The position numbers and the translations under genes were made by a program. A DNA stretch of 57,182 bases, from sequence record DRR378314_1779. One strand, given 5' to 3'. Position 1 is the stretch's first letter, and each line of letters starts with the position of its first letter. The notes under the pieces were generated by a model. It was not told where the DNA came from and ran no database searches. It saw only the letters and a list, made by a program, of their open reading frames with translations. Below, in pieces: positions 44,696 to 55,477 of the stretch.

Positions 44696-45199
44696 TTGGC
44701 GCGTACGACTTCTTTCGGCAAACCTTTTATGTTTATTGCCTGGGGGCTAGCCCTTGTCATGTTGGTCTGGTTTTTTGAAGACCAGTTGCAGCAACAGTTT
44801 AACCCGAACTCTCAGGTGCAAAGCCATGTTGATAACGGACAAGTCACCGTTTTGCTGGAGCAAAACCGGATGGGTCACTATGTGGCTCAGGGTAAAGTGA
44901 ATGGTCAGCCTGTGACTTTCTTGTTGGACACCGGTGCGACACTGGTTGCTGTTCCTGAAAACCTGGCTAAAGAACTGGGCTTGCGTAAAGGCCGCCAAGG
45001 TATGTCTCAAACCGCGAACGGACGTGTTATAACTTATAGAACAGAAATTGACAGATTAGAACTGGGTGAAATTCAGCTAACGAATGTCGCGGCGTCTATC
45101 ACTCCCGGAATGGATGGGGATGTCATACTTTTGGGCATGAGTGCTTTGAAGGAATTTGAGTTAACGCAAAAAGGCGATACTCTTACATTACGTTATTAA
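44696..45199 (+). CDS. Membrane-anchored clan AA (retropepsin-like) aspartic protease
   Basis: FLLDTGAT, TANG, LLGMSAL; N-terminal TM; TTG start with AAGGAG RBS. Confidence 0.88.
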   Translation: MARTTSFGKPFMFIAWGLALVMLVWFFEDQLQQQFNPNSQVQSHVDNGQVTVLLEQNRMGHYVAQGKVNGQPVTFLLDTGATLVAVPENLAKELGLRKGRQGMSQTANGRVITYRTEIDRLELGEIQLTNVAASITPGMDGDVILLGMSALKEFELTQKGDTLTLRY

Positions 45200-45222
45200 A
45201 TAAAACAAAACAGGAATGATGT

Positions 45223-45726
45223 ATGTACAAAACATTACTAGGGGCAAGCTTATTGTTGGTGGCGGGCAGTGTTAATGCACAACAAGAGGCATTGCAGCAA
45301 TGTGCAGGCATTGAAGACTCGCTGGAGCGACTGGTATGTTATGACAATATTGCTAAGCAGTCTCAGGGACAGGTGAAGCAAGCAGAAGGAAAAGCCAGAG
45401 GAAAAGCGCAGGCAGAAAAACAAAAATCAAAGGCTGAGCGCCGTGGTAACTCTTCTTTAGAGCGAACTTTTGGTATGGAGCATAAAGACAAAGAGGAAGG
45501 CCAGCTTGACCGAATTGAGGTTGAAGTCGCAGCGAAAGAGCAGGGACCTTATGACAAGTGGCGTATTGAACTGAGTAATGGCCAAATTTGGAAACAGACC
45601 GACAGCGGTGGTTATTTTCCCTGGGACGAAGACGATACCTATTATATTGAACGCGGCGCATTAAATTCATTTTTCTTTGGCCGTGAAGGTTCGAATCGCC
45701 GTATGCGAGTGCAGCGGGTTAAATAA
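45223..45726 (+). CDS. Secreted hypothetical protein
   Basis: Signal peptide, C-x(8)-RLVCYD motif, Lys-rich linker, C-terminal beta domain LSNGQIWKQ. Confidence 0.75.
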   Translation: MYKTLLGASLLLVAGSVNAQQEALQQCAGIEDSLERLVCYDNIAKQSQGQVKQAEGKARGKAQAEKQKSKAERRGNSSLERTFGMEHKDKEEGQLDRIEVEVAAKEQGPYDKWRIELSNGQIWKQTDSGGYFPWDEDDTYYIERGALNSFFFGREGSNRRMRVQRVK

Positions 45727-45753
45727 AACAGGCGGTAAATATGCAGCGAGCCA

Positions 45754-48054
45754 ATGCAGGATAGCCTCCCCGAATACAGCCTGTTGGCGACAGGCATAGC
45801 TATTGTTCTGATTGCTACGACAATTTTTGTCGTAGTGATCCGCAAAAGAGCGGAAAAGAAATACCAAGGCACAAATTACTTAATTCAGTCACATTATGAA
45901 GCGTTTAACTCGTTAGCCCGGCACCGGGATATTGAAAGCCGCCTGTTGGGCATCTGTCGGCTTATTGAGTCTCAAATTGATGGTGCCATGTGCTCCATTA
46001 TGGCGGTTGATAAAAAAACACAAACCTTATCAACTGTCGCTTCTGTTTCCCTGCCTAAGTCCTATAACCGCGCCTTGGATGGCTTAGCCGTAGCAGAGGG
46101 TATTGGCGCCTGTGGTACAGCGGCAGCGCTCGGTGAGCCCGTGCTGGTTGCTGATATGAGAAAGGATGAACGTTTCAGTCAATTTAGGTCGCTAATTGAC
46201 CAACAAGGTTTAGTGGCGTGCTGGTCCCACCCTATTTTTGCAACCTCTGACAGTGACGTTATTGGAACTTTCGCAATTTACTTTTCAGAGCCGAGAGTGC
46301 CTTTAGGACCTGAACTTGAAATTATTGTCCGTAATCGTGATCTGGTGGCTCTCATCATTGAACAGGAGGAGCAAAGAAGGAAACAAGCTCGTCTTGAGCA
46401 AAGTCAAAGTTCACTCTTTACTCACAACCCTGATGCCGTGTTTATGCTCGACTTAGAAGGCAACTTTACGAGTGTCAATCGTTCAGTTTGTGAGCTTTTA
46501 TTGCTTAAAGAAGAGGATTTACTGGGTAAACACTATGAGCTGGCAGTGCCTGAAAGTGACCAGAAACGAACCTCAGAGCATTTTGAAGCGGCTAAAGCCG
46601 GTATTCCGCAGTCCTACGAAATAAAGGTAAAAGACCAGACCGGTCAGCTTCATGACTTAGCGATAACCAATATTCCTATTATTATCGATGGCGAAATTAC
46701 CGGTGTACACGGCATAGCTAAAGATATTACCGAACGAATTCAGCGAGAAGAAGCGTTAGAATTTTTCACTTCTCACGACAGCTTAACGCACCTGGTAAAC
46801 CGCAGTGCAATGGAGCAGCGACTACAGCAGTTGCAGGAAAACAAGAGTGACGCGGCAATATTCGTTCTCTTTATCGATTTAGATGGCTTTAAACCTATAA
46901 ATGACAGCTTGGGACACTACCTTGGAGACGAGGTCTTAATTGAAACGGCGCAACGCTTGCAGCAGGTTGTTTCGGAACCTAACTTACTTTGCCGTTTTGG
47001 TGGCGATGAGTTTGTCGCCGTTATTCAGGATATGAGTGCTGTTGAGCAAGTTAATGCGTTATGCGCGGAAGTTTTAGCGGTATTCGAACAGCCTTTTCGG
47101 ATTGGCGAAGTCGAGGTTTCTTTATCGGCAGCAATTGGTGTTTCAGCAAATGATATTGAATTTAAACACCCGATGGAGCTTACTCAACGTGCCGATGTTG
47201 CTATGTATGAAGCGAAAAAACGCGGTGGTAACTCTGTTTACTGGTATTCCGCAAACCTTGATGAAGGCTTAGGTTACAAAGTGGCATTGCGGACCAAAAT
47301 TCAGGAAGCGCTTGCGCAAGAGCAGTTTGAGCTATTTTATCAACCCATTATGACCGACAAAGGTCAAGTTGCCGGAGCCGAAGCGCTCATTCGCTGGCAA
47401 CATCCAACCAAAGGTTATGTTTCACCCGCAGACTTTATTCCTGTTGCTGAGCGCACAGGGCAAATCATTCCAATTAGTGAATGGGTGCTAAAGCAGGCTT
47501 GTCGCGATCTGCAGCAGCTTAAGCGATACGGTATAAAATCTGTTTCGGTGAACTTTTCGCCTATCCAGTTTTATCGTGAAGATTTTGTCAGTAAAACGAA
47601 AGCGATACTCGAACAGTTTGATATTAAACCCGGCGAGATCACCGTCGAAATTACAGAGAATGTATTAGTTAATGATACTCAGCGTATTGCTGAGTTATTG
47701 CAGCAATTGCGAGATCTGGGTTTGGATGTGGCCATTGACGATTTTGGTAGTGGCTTTGCCAGCTTACGTTATTTAAATATGTTGCCGGTAAATAAGCTCA
47801 AAATTGATCGCAGCTTTATTGAAAATATTCATGAGAACTCGCATAACGCTGCTATTACCTGCGGTATTCTGAGTATGGTTGCAGGCATAGGTATTGAAAC
47901 CGTTGCTGAAGGTGTAGAAAAAGAAGAAGAATGTGCTTATTTAGTGGAGCATGGTTGCCACTTTATGCAGGGGTTCTTATTCAGTAAACCGAAGCCGCTG
48001 GGCGAACTGCTCAAATGGGCAGAACGCCAGCAATCTTTCGAAAACGAACGTTAA
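45754..48054 (+). CDS. GAF-PAS-GGDEF-EAL c-di-GMP enzyme
   Basis: N-terminal TM, GAF (GACGTAA, CWSHPI), PAS (NPDAV...DITERI), GGDEF, EAL (EALIRW, DDFGSG, KIDRSF, AEGVE, QG). Confidence 0.95.
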   Translation: MQDSLPEYSLLATGIAIVLIATTIFVVVIRKRAEKKYQGTNYLIQSHYEAFNSLARHRDIESRLLGICRLIESQIDGAMCSIMAVDKKTQTLSTVASVSLPKSYNRALDGLAVAEGIGACGTAAALGEPVLVADMRKDERFSQFRSLIDQQGLVACWSHPIFATSDSDVIGTFAIYFSEPRVPLGPELEIIVRNRDLVALIIEQEEQRRKQARLEQSQSSLFTHNPDAVFMLDLEGNFTSVNRSVCELLLLKEEDLLGKHYELAVPESDQKRTSEHFEAAKAGIPQSYEIKVKDQTGQLHDLAITNIPIIIDGEITGVHGIAKDITERIQREEALEFFTSHDSLTHLVNRSAMEQRLQQLQENKSDAAIFVLFIDLDGFKPINDSLGHYLGDEVLIETAQRLQQVVSEPNLLCRFGGDEFVAVIQDMSAVEQVNALCAEVLAVFEQPFRIGEVEVSLSAAIGVSANDIEFKHPMELTQRADVAMYEAKKRGGNSVYWYSANLDEGLGYKVALRTKIQEALAQEQFELFYQPIMTDKGQVAGAEALIRWQHPTKGYVSPADFIPVAERTGQIIPISEWVLKQACRDLQQLKRYGIKSVSVNFSPIQFYREDFVSKTKAILEQFDIKPGEITVEITENVLVNDTQRIAELLQQLRDLGLDVAIDDFGSGFASLRYLNMLPVNKLKIDRSFIENIHENSHNAAITCGILSMVAGIGIETVAEGVEKEEECAYLVEHGCHFMQGFLFSKPKPLGELLKWAERQQSFENER

Positions 48055-49691
48055 CGGATTCGGAACTGACGGAGTTCCTGTTGCAGGTTGGCAGATAGCT
48101 CTGCCAAGTTTTCACTGGACTCTTTTACCTGCGCCGAACTTTGCGCGGACTGATCTGAAATACTACTAATAGTATTAATGTTCTGATTAATTTCCTCTGT
48201 AACTGAGCTTTGCTCATCAGCCGCGCTGGCAATATGACTGTTCATATCATTAATTTCTGCTACCGCCGAGGTTATTGCCTGGAGTGACTCATCAGCATTT
48301 CTTGCTCTTTCCACTGTGTGATCCGCCTCTTCCTTACCGGTGTTCATTGAGCGGACAGCTTCATGAGTTGCTGTTTGTAAACGCTCAATCATTTCCTGAA
48401 TCTCCTGGGTTGATTTTTGTGTGCGGCTGGCTAAGGTTCTGACCTCGTCAGCAACAACAGAGAAGCCCCTTCCATGTTCCCCTGCGCGCGCAGATTCAAT
48501 AGCCGCGTTTAACGCAAGCAAGTTTGTTTGTTCAGCTATGCTACCAATAACGTCCAGTACCTTACCTATGTTGTCGCTATCTTCCGCTACCTTAGAAATG
48601 GTTTGAGATGTTTGATTCACGTGGTTAGCTAAACTCTGAATCGCATCAACTGTCGACTTAACGACATCGCGACCTTGCTTGGTATGATCGTCAGCTGTTT
48701 TCGCAGAAGTCGCTGCGTCATTAGCACTTTTGGCTATTTCGTCCACTGTGGTCGACATTTCATGGATAGCCGTTGCCACCTGCTCGACCGCTTCGTGTTG
48801 CTTCCTGATGCTTTCGTTAGACTCTTCTGAAATGCTGGAAAGCTCTTCTGACGATGTTGCCAGTTGTTCGGTCATTTCATTAATTTTGGTAATAATGCGC
48901 TGAAGCTTTTCGACAAAAGCATTAAATGCATCGGCTACTCGACCCAGTTCATCTGTTCTGTCCAGATTAACGCGTGCGGTTAAATCTCCTTCGCCTTTGG
49001 CCATATCTTCAAAACGCTCAAGCATTAAGTTCAATGGCCTGGTAATTAATGGTGGAAAGAATAACGCCAGCAATACGCAGATAGCTAAACCTATGGTCAG
49101 GACAACCATCTCTGTCCAGTTACTTTGAATGATGACTTCGTCAATAATGTCAGACTGACTGAGCGCAGCTTCCTCTTTGCGTTGCTCTAGTTGGTCAAGA
49201 ACGTCCCGCATGGTCTCGAACTGAGGGCCGCTTTGCTGCTCACTTAAACTAATGGCTTCTTCAACCCTGTTTTGACCATGAAGCTCTATTACTCGCTTAG
49301 TGGTTGCGACCCAGGTCTCATTTTTTCGCTTGTAATCAGCAACCATTTGACGTTCTTCGGCACTTGAAGTGATAGCTAAAAAGCGGTCCACCCGTTGAGA
49401 AGCTTGCTGTAGGTTCTCATTGACTGTGTCGACAAGTGCTTGTTTTTTTGACGAACCTGGTGGAACTGAAAGTAAGGTTCTTTCTGCTACCAGAGCCTGA
49501 TGTAAGTCTCGATCCGCTTGCAATAAATAATTAAGGCCGGGTAAGTGTTCACTGGCTATTTCATCAACGCTGTTAGCAACGGATTTAAAATTCACGGTAC
49601 TGACGGTAGCAATACCAATAAGCACTAAAGCCAGTAGTGCAATAGGAAGTATTAATTTGTACCGAAATGTAAGGTTGTTAAACCAGCTCAT
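48051..49691 (-). CDS. Methyl-accepting chemotaxis protein
   Basis: TM-periplasmic four-helix bundle-TM, HAMP (DELG), [34 protein letters not shown]. Confidence 0.97.
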   Translation of the reverse strand: MSWFNNLTFRYKLILPIALLALVLIGIATVSTVNFKSVANSVDEIASEHLPGLNYLLQADRDLHQALVAERTLLSVPPGSSKKQALVDTVNENLQQASQRVDRFLAITSSAEERQMVADYKRKNETWVATTKRVIELHGQNRVEEAISLSEQQSGPQFETMRDVLDQLEQRKEEAALSQSDIIDEVIIQSNWTEMVVLTIGLAICVLLALFFPPLITRPLNLMLERFEDMAKGEGDLTARVNLDRTDELGRVADAFNAFVEKLQRIITKINEMTEQLATSSEELSSISEESNESIRKQHEAVEQVATAIHEMSTTVDEIAKSANDAATSAKTADDHTKQGRDVVKSTVDAIQSLANHVNQTSQTISKVAEDSDNIGKVLDVIGSIAEQTNLLALNAAIESARAGEHGRGFSVVADEVRTLASRTQKSTQEIQEMIERLQTATHEAVRSMNTGKEEADHTVERARNADESLQAITSAVAEINDMNSHIASAADEQSSVTEEINQNINTISSISDQSAQSSAQVKESSENLAELSANLQQELRQFRIR

Positions 49692-49734
49692 AATTGTGCC
49701 TCTAGATAGCTTGTGACCGAAGTCGTGTTACCCA

Positions 49735-49762
49735 TTATCGGAAGCTAAGCAGGCTTACTTTA
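49735..49762 (-). promoter_or_regulatory. sigma28 (FliA)-like promoter for the MCP
   Basis: Minus strand TAAA-16 nt-TCCGATAA versus consensus TAAA-N15-GCCGATAA; spacer one base long. Confidence 0.5.
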
Positions 49763-49777
49763 GCCGGTCAACAGTAA

Positions 49778-49805
49778 ATGCTGAGCGTCATATTACACTC
49801 AGCAT
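49778..49805 (-). terminator. Hairpin downstream of the peroxiredoxin gene
   Basis: Minus strand AUGCUGAGUGU-AAUAUG-ACGCUCAGCAU (11 bp with one G-U pair); weak U-tract. Confidence 0.55.
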
Positions 49806-49819
49806 AGCTGCTTTTTGCA

Positions 49820-50449
49820 TTACTTAATATCGGTCAGTCGCAAATACGGACGTAAGGTTTTCCAGCCCTGCGGAAATTTCTCTTTTGCGTCTTCGTCGCT
49901 GACCGTTGGACGAATAATGACAGAATCTCCGGGCATCCAATCTGCCGGGCATGCCACTTCGTCACGGTCAGTCGTTTGCAGAGCATCAATAACCCGTAAA
50001 ATCTCGTTGAAGTTGCGGCCGACAGTCATTGGGTACGTCATGATTAAACGAACTCTTTGGTTCGGATCGATAATGAAAACCGAACGCACTGTTGCTGTGG
50101 CGCTTTCGTTTGGATGGATCATGTCGTAAAGCTGCGCGACTTCTAAATCTTTGTCGGCAACGATAGGAAACTCAAGTACGGTATTTTGAGTGTCGTTAAC
50201 ATCATTGATCCAGCCTTTGTGAGCTTCCACGGTATCGGTAGACAGCCCCAGAGGTTTCACGTTGCGCTTTTCAAACTCTGGTGCCAGTTGTGCTGTGCGA
50301 CCCATTTCCGTTGTGCAAACCGGTGTATAGTCTGCCGGGTGGCTGAAGAAAAATACCCACGAGCCTTTCGCCCAGTCGTGGAATTCTATCGAACCCTGTG
50401 TGGTATCAATGGTAAAATTCGGTGCAGTATCGCCAATACGTAATGTCAT
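49820..50449 (-). CDS. 1-Cys peroxiredoxin (Prx6/LsfA type)
   Basis: FSHPADYTPVCTTE, TVRSVF, GRNF.EILR. Confidence 0.95.
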   Translation of the reverse strand: MTLRIGDTAPNFTIDTTQGSIEFHDWAKGSWVFFFSHPADYTPVCTTEMGRTAQLAPEFEKRNVKPLGLSTDTVEAHKGWINDVNDTQNTVLEFPIVADKDLEVAQLYDMIHPNESATATVRSVFIIDPNQRVRLIMTYPMTVGRNFNEILRVIDALQTTDRDEVACPADWMPGDSVIIRPTVSDEDAKEKFPQGWKTLRPYLRLTDIK

Positions 50450-50576
50450 AGAGTGCCTCCTGAAGCAATTATTGATAAGCTTTGCTGGTAACCATTAAAT
50501 GATAGCGAACTGAACACATTACAAGGCATTGGGCTTATAACCTTTTACTCTAATATAGATGCGTGGACTATTAGCA

Positions 50577-51020
50577 ATGACTTTATTTATTGATGCCGAT
50601 GCCTGCCCTGTGGCAATACGGGAAATTCTCTTTCGCGCGGCACAACGAAAACAACTGCACCTCTACTTAGTGGCTAATCAACGCATTCAAACACCTAAAT
50701 CTAAATTTATTCATATGGTGCAGGTAGGTAGTGGTTTCGATGTGGCAGACCATGAAATAGTCCGGCGCTGTGAAGCGGGCGACTTAATCATAACCAGTGA
50801 CATTCCGCTGGCGTCAGAAGTGATAGACAAAGGCGCTAAAGCATTAAGCCCCCGGGGGGAGCTCTTCACTCCCGATAATATTCGTCAGCGGCTGAACATA
50901 AGAGATTTTATGGACACCATGCGCAGTAGCGGTATTCAGTCTGGTGGTCCGCCGCCGTTGTCGAATGTGGATCGCAAAAACTTTGCGGATCATTTAGACC
51001 GTTTATTAGCAGGGAGTTGA
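50577..51020 (+). CDS. YaiI/YqxD-family protein
   Basis: [26 protein letters not shown]. Start at ATG 50577. Confidence 0.92.
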   Translation: MTLFIDADACPVAIREILFRAAQRKQLHLYLVANQRIQTPKSKFIHMVQVGSGFDVADHEIVRRCEAGDLIITSDIPLASEVIDKGAKALSPRGELFTPDNIRQRLNIRDFMDTMRSSGIQSGGPPPLSNVDRKNFADHLDRLLAGS

Positions 51021-52219
51021 ACTTGACCTTTTTTGCGGCGTTACCGGCAATTATCTGGGCTCTTATGGTTTGGTTTTTTCCTGAGTGGCTGACGTCTGTC
51101 TCGTTTTCAGTTCCCGGAACTATCTCAGCAGCATTAGGGCTGGTGTTCTTGGTTGCCGCTTTCTTTCGGCAATGGCAATGGTTTTATTGGTGCGCCTGGG
51201 TTGGTGGTATCTACGCTACGATTCAGCTCGGTTTGCAGCAACCGCTGGCGCAGAAAGAGGTTTCCCAACTGTACGAGGCACTTCCTGTGTGGTTATCGGT
51301 TAGTGCCTTGCTTCTGACCTTCCTGAAAAAGCCAATGCTACTAACCGGAAAAGGCATACTGATATTTGTTGCTTTGGCAATACTGCCTTTATCGTTATTG
51401 CTGACTCCAGTTGCACAAACCCTTGCGTTATTGAGTCCCGCAGAGGTTCTGACTTTACCTGACTGGCAACAAAGTTCGTTTGCTATTGGGCTACTAATTT
51501 GGACGGTCGCCATGGGCGGCGTCTGGGCAACTTATTTGCTTTATAAAAGCGCTTCCGCTTTTGCCTGGAGTCATTGGGCGGCCTGGTTTTCGCTTATGGT
51601 CTTTTTGTTGGCCGTGCAGTATCAACAAGCCTCCACCTGGGCCGCTTTGGCAGCCAGTGCTTGCTTATTGCTGGCGCTGGCCGACCAAATGTTGAAGCTG
51701 GCTTACATTGATGAACTAACCGGGCTGCCGCAACGGCGTGCGTTGATGAGTCAGTTGCAACACTTACGCAAACGCAGTGCCGTTTGCATGCTCGATGTTG
51801 ATCATTTTAAAAAGTTTAATGACCGCTATGGACACGAGGTTGGTGATCAGGTGTTGCGGCTGTTAGGCAGTATCTTAAAAGAACACGGCGGGTTTAAGGC
51901 ATACCGCTATGGCGGAGAGGAATTTACCTTAGTATTTTTCCACAACGATGAAGAAAAGTTAAAAAGTACGCTGGAAAGCGTTCGTAGCCAGGTAGCTAAT
52001 TACCCGCTTAAATTGCGAGAGCCCTCGCGGCCGGAGAGTAAGACAAAAGGCAAAGAAGCGCGAGGTAAAAAGGAGCAGAGTAAAACGGTCAAAGTCACTA
52101 TCAGTTTAGGTGCGACGTTAAAGGAGCCTGATGATACCGCGGACAGTATTTTGAAACGTGCTGATGAAAACCTTTATTCTGCGAAAAAAGCTGGGCGTAA
52201 TAAAGTGGTGCTGAAATAG
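51017..52219 (+). CDS. Multi-pass membrane diguanylate cyclase
   Basis: About 8 TM segments, [29 protein letters not shown] start overlaps the yaiI stop. Confidence 0.9.
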   Translation: MNLTFFAALPAIIWALMVWFFPEWLTSVSFSVPGTISAALGLVFLVAAFFRQWQWFYWCAWVGGIYATIQLGLQQPLAQKEVSQLYEALPVWLSVSALLLTFLKKPMLLTGKGILIFVALAILPLSLLLTPVAQTLALLSPAEVLTLPDWQQSSFAIGLLIWTVAMGGVWATYLLYKSASAFAWSHWAAWFSLMVFLLAVQYQQASTWAALAASACLLLALADQMLKLAYIDELTGLPQRRALMSQLQHLRKRSAVCMLDVDHFKKFNDRYGHEVGDQVLRLLGSILKEHGGFKAYRYGGEEFTLVFFHNDEEKLKSTLESVRSQVANYPLKLREPSRPESKTKGKEARGKKEQSKTVKVTISLGATLKEPDDTADSILKRADENLYSAKKAGRNKVVLK

Positions 52220-52266
52220 AAGCGATCTAAAACCAACGATATACGTTAATAGTTATATTGTTTTAA

Positions 52267-53634
<1,368 letters not shown>

Positions 53635-53763
53635 TTTAATTAAGCTCGTTTTTTCCTTTAAATTCAGACAAACGTTTGAAACAAACCATTGGTCGCAAAA
53701 GTGCTTTAGTGTTTTTAATAATAAAGGCATGCTCAGTTAATAAACAACTGGGGAGATGAAAAT

Positions 53764-55452
53764 ATGAAAAAAGCACTTTTGGCGACGGCCTTTGTCCCAT
53801 TAATTATCGGCGGGTGTGCCGGCATTCAGCCAAAGGAAACTCTGACTGAAACCTTGGAAACTGGTGGCGCACTAAAACCAGAGCATCAGCACATTAATCT
53901 TGAAAAAGCGCATTTATTTTTCGATATAAACCCGGAAAAACGTGAAGTTAAAGGCAAAACTGAACTGGTGCTCTCTGTTACTGAGAAACAGTCAGACTTC
54001 CTTATCGATTTTGACAATAACTACCAAATCTCAGCACTCTCTATTAATGGCCGTGAAACAAAAGACTACACTCACGAACTCGGTGAAATTCGTTTTAGCC
54101 TTGAAAAACCAATAGCTGCTGGAGATAAGTTAAGAGTCACGATTGAATATAAAGGACAACCTCATGTCGCAATAAACCCTCCCTGGGATGGCGGCTACGT
54201 GTGGGACGAGACTGAAAATGGTAAGCCCTGGATAGCCACAGCCGTACAGGGAGAGGGTTGTGATTTGATCTGGCCCTGTATTGACCACCCGACGTTTGAA
54301 GCTAAACAAACCGATATTGTTATCCGGGTGCCGAAAGGTCTGGTTGCAGCCAGTAACGGAAAGTTAATTGAAAGCAGTGAGGGCGAGGACTGGTCGCAGT
54401 ACCACTGGCGTAGTGAGCAGCCACAGAATAACTATGGTATTGCATTAAATGTGGGTCCTTATGAGGTTCTTAAGGATACATACCAAAGCCGTTATGGACA
54501 TGAGTACCCGTTGGTTTTTTACTATTTAGAAGGTAAAAAAGCTGAAGCGGAAAAGTTATTCAATGAGTTCTCTGAGCAGTTAGACTTTTACGAAGATGTC
54601 ATTGGCCCCTACCCATTCTACGCTGAAAAAATGGGCGTTGTGGAAACGCCGCATTTGGGGATGGAGCATCAAACCATTAATGCGTATGGGCAAGAATACA
54701 AAGCTGGAAAATACAATTTCGACTGGTTACTTCATCATGAGCTGGCTCATGAGTGGTTTGGGAATCAAGTCACTAATACTGACTGGGACCACATGTGGCT
54801 ACATGAAGGTTTTGGCGCTTATATGCAGCCATTATATGGGCAATATTTGCATGGAGACTTTGCCTATCACAGCATGATGTATGACTCACGTATAGGTATA
54901 CGAAACGAGCATCCGGTTGTATCGAATAAGCCAATGTCAGAAGATGACGTTTATAAAGCTGACAGAGGGCCGGGTAGCGATATCTATCAAAAAGGCGCAT
55001 GGATACTGCATACTTTGAGAAACTTGATTGGCGACGATGATTTCTTTGCAGCAACGAGAAAACTGGTTTACCAAACTACTGATCCGAAACCTGGAAATTT
55101 CGAACCGCATTTTGCGGACTCACAAGACTTCATTGATGCTGTTAATGAGCAAACAGGCGAAGATTTTACATGGTTTTTTGAACACTACCTTTATACAGCG
55201 AAGTTACCAGAGCTGGTTGGTGAGCAAGAAGGGAGTCAGTTAAGCTTGCATTGGAAGACCTTTAACGAAGCAGCCTTTGAATTACCAGTAGAAGTGAAAG
55301 TTGGTGACACGATATCGACAGTTGTTGTGGGAAAGACTCCGGTTCAAGTTGAGTTACCTACAACCGATGCACATTATGTATTAGACCCGTTGCATAAGAT
55401 TTTGAAGCAGGAAGATTATTTAGATGCTTACGCGAAAGAGCAACCTCAATAA
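53764..55452 (+). CDS. M1-family zinc aminopeptidase, probable lipoprotein
   Basis: Lipobox-like IIGGC, GMEH (GAMEN variant), HELAH-x18-E, IYQKG. Confidence 0.9.
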   Translation: MKKALLATAFVPLIIGGCAGIQPKETLTETLETGGALKPEHQHINLEKAHLFFDINPEKREVKGKTELVLSVTEKQSDFLIDFDNNYQISALSINGRETKDYTHELGEIRFSLEKPIAAGDKLRVTIEYKGQPHVAINPPWDGGYVWDETENGKPWIATAVQGEGCDLIWPCIDHPTFEAKQTDIVIRVPKGLVAASNGKLIESSEGEDWSQYHWRSEQPQNNYGIALNVGPYEVLKDTYQSRYGHEYPLVFYYLEGKKAEAEKLFNEFSEQLDFYEDVIGPYPFYAEKMGVVETPHLGMEHQTINAYGQEYKAGKYNFDWLLHHELAHEWFGNQVTNTDWDHMWLHEGFGAYMQPLYGQYLHGDFAYHSMMYDSRIGIRNEHPVVSNKPMSEDDVYKADRGPGSDIYQKGAWILHTLRNLIGDDDFFAATRKLVYQTTDPKPGNFEPHFADSQDFIDAVNEQTGEDFTWFFEHYLYTAKLPELVGEQEGSQLSLHWKTFNEAAFELPVEVKVGDTISTVVVGKTPVQVELPTTDAHYVLDPLHKILKQEDYLDAYAKEQPQ

Positions 55453-55463
55453 TGAGGTTGCTC
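55438..55463. terminator. Hairpin between convergent peptidase genes
   Basis: GAGCAACCTCA-ATAA-TGAGGTTGCTC; the M1 peptidase stop codon lies in the loop. Confidence 0.6.
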
Positions 55464-55477
55464 AATACTAGGCGTTA

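Noticed and set aside
50450-50576. OxyR/CysB-like site upstream of the peroxiredoxin
   Set aside because: Only scattered ATAG/GATA tetramers without convincing spacing.
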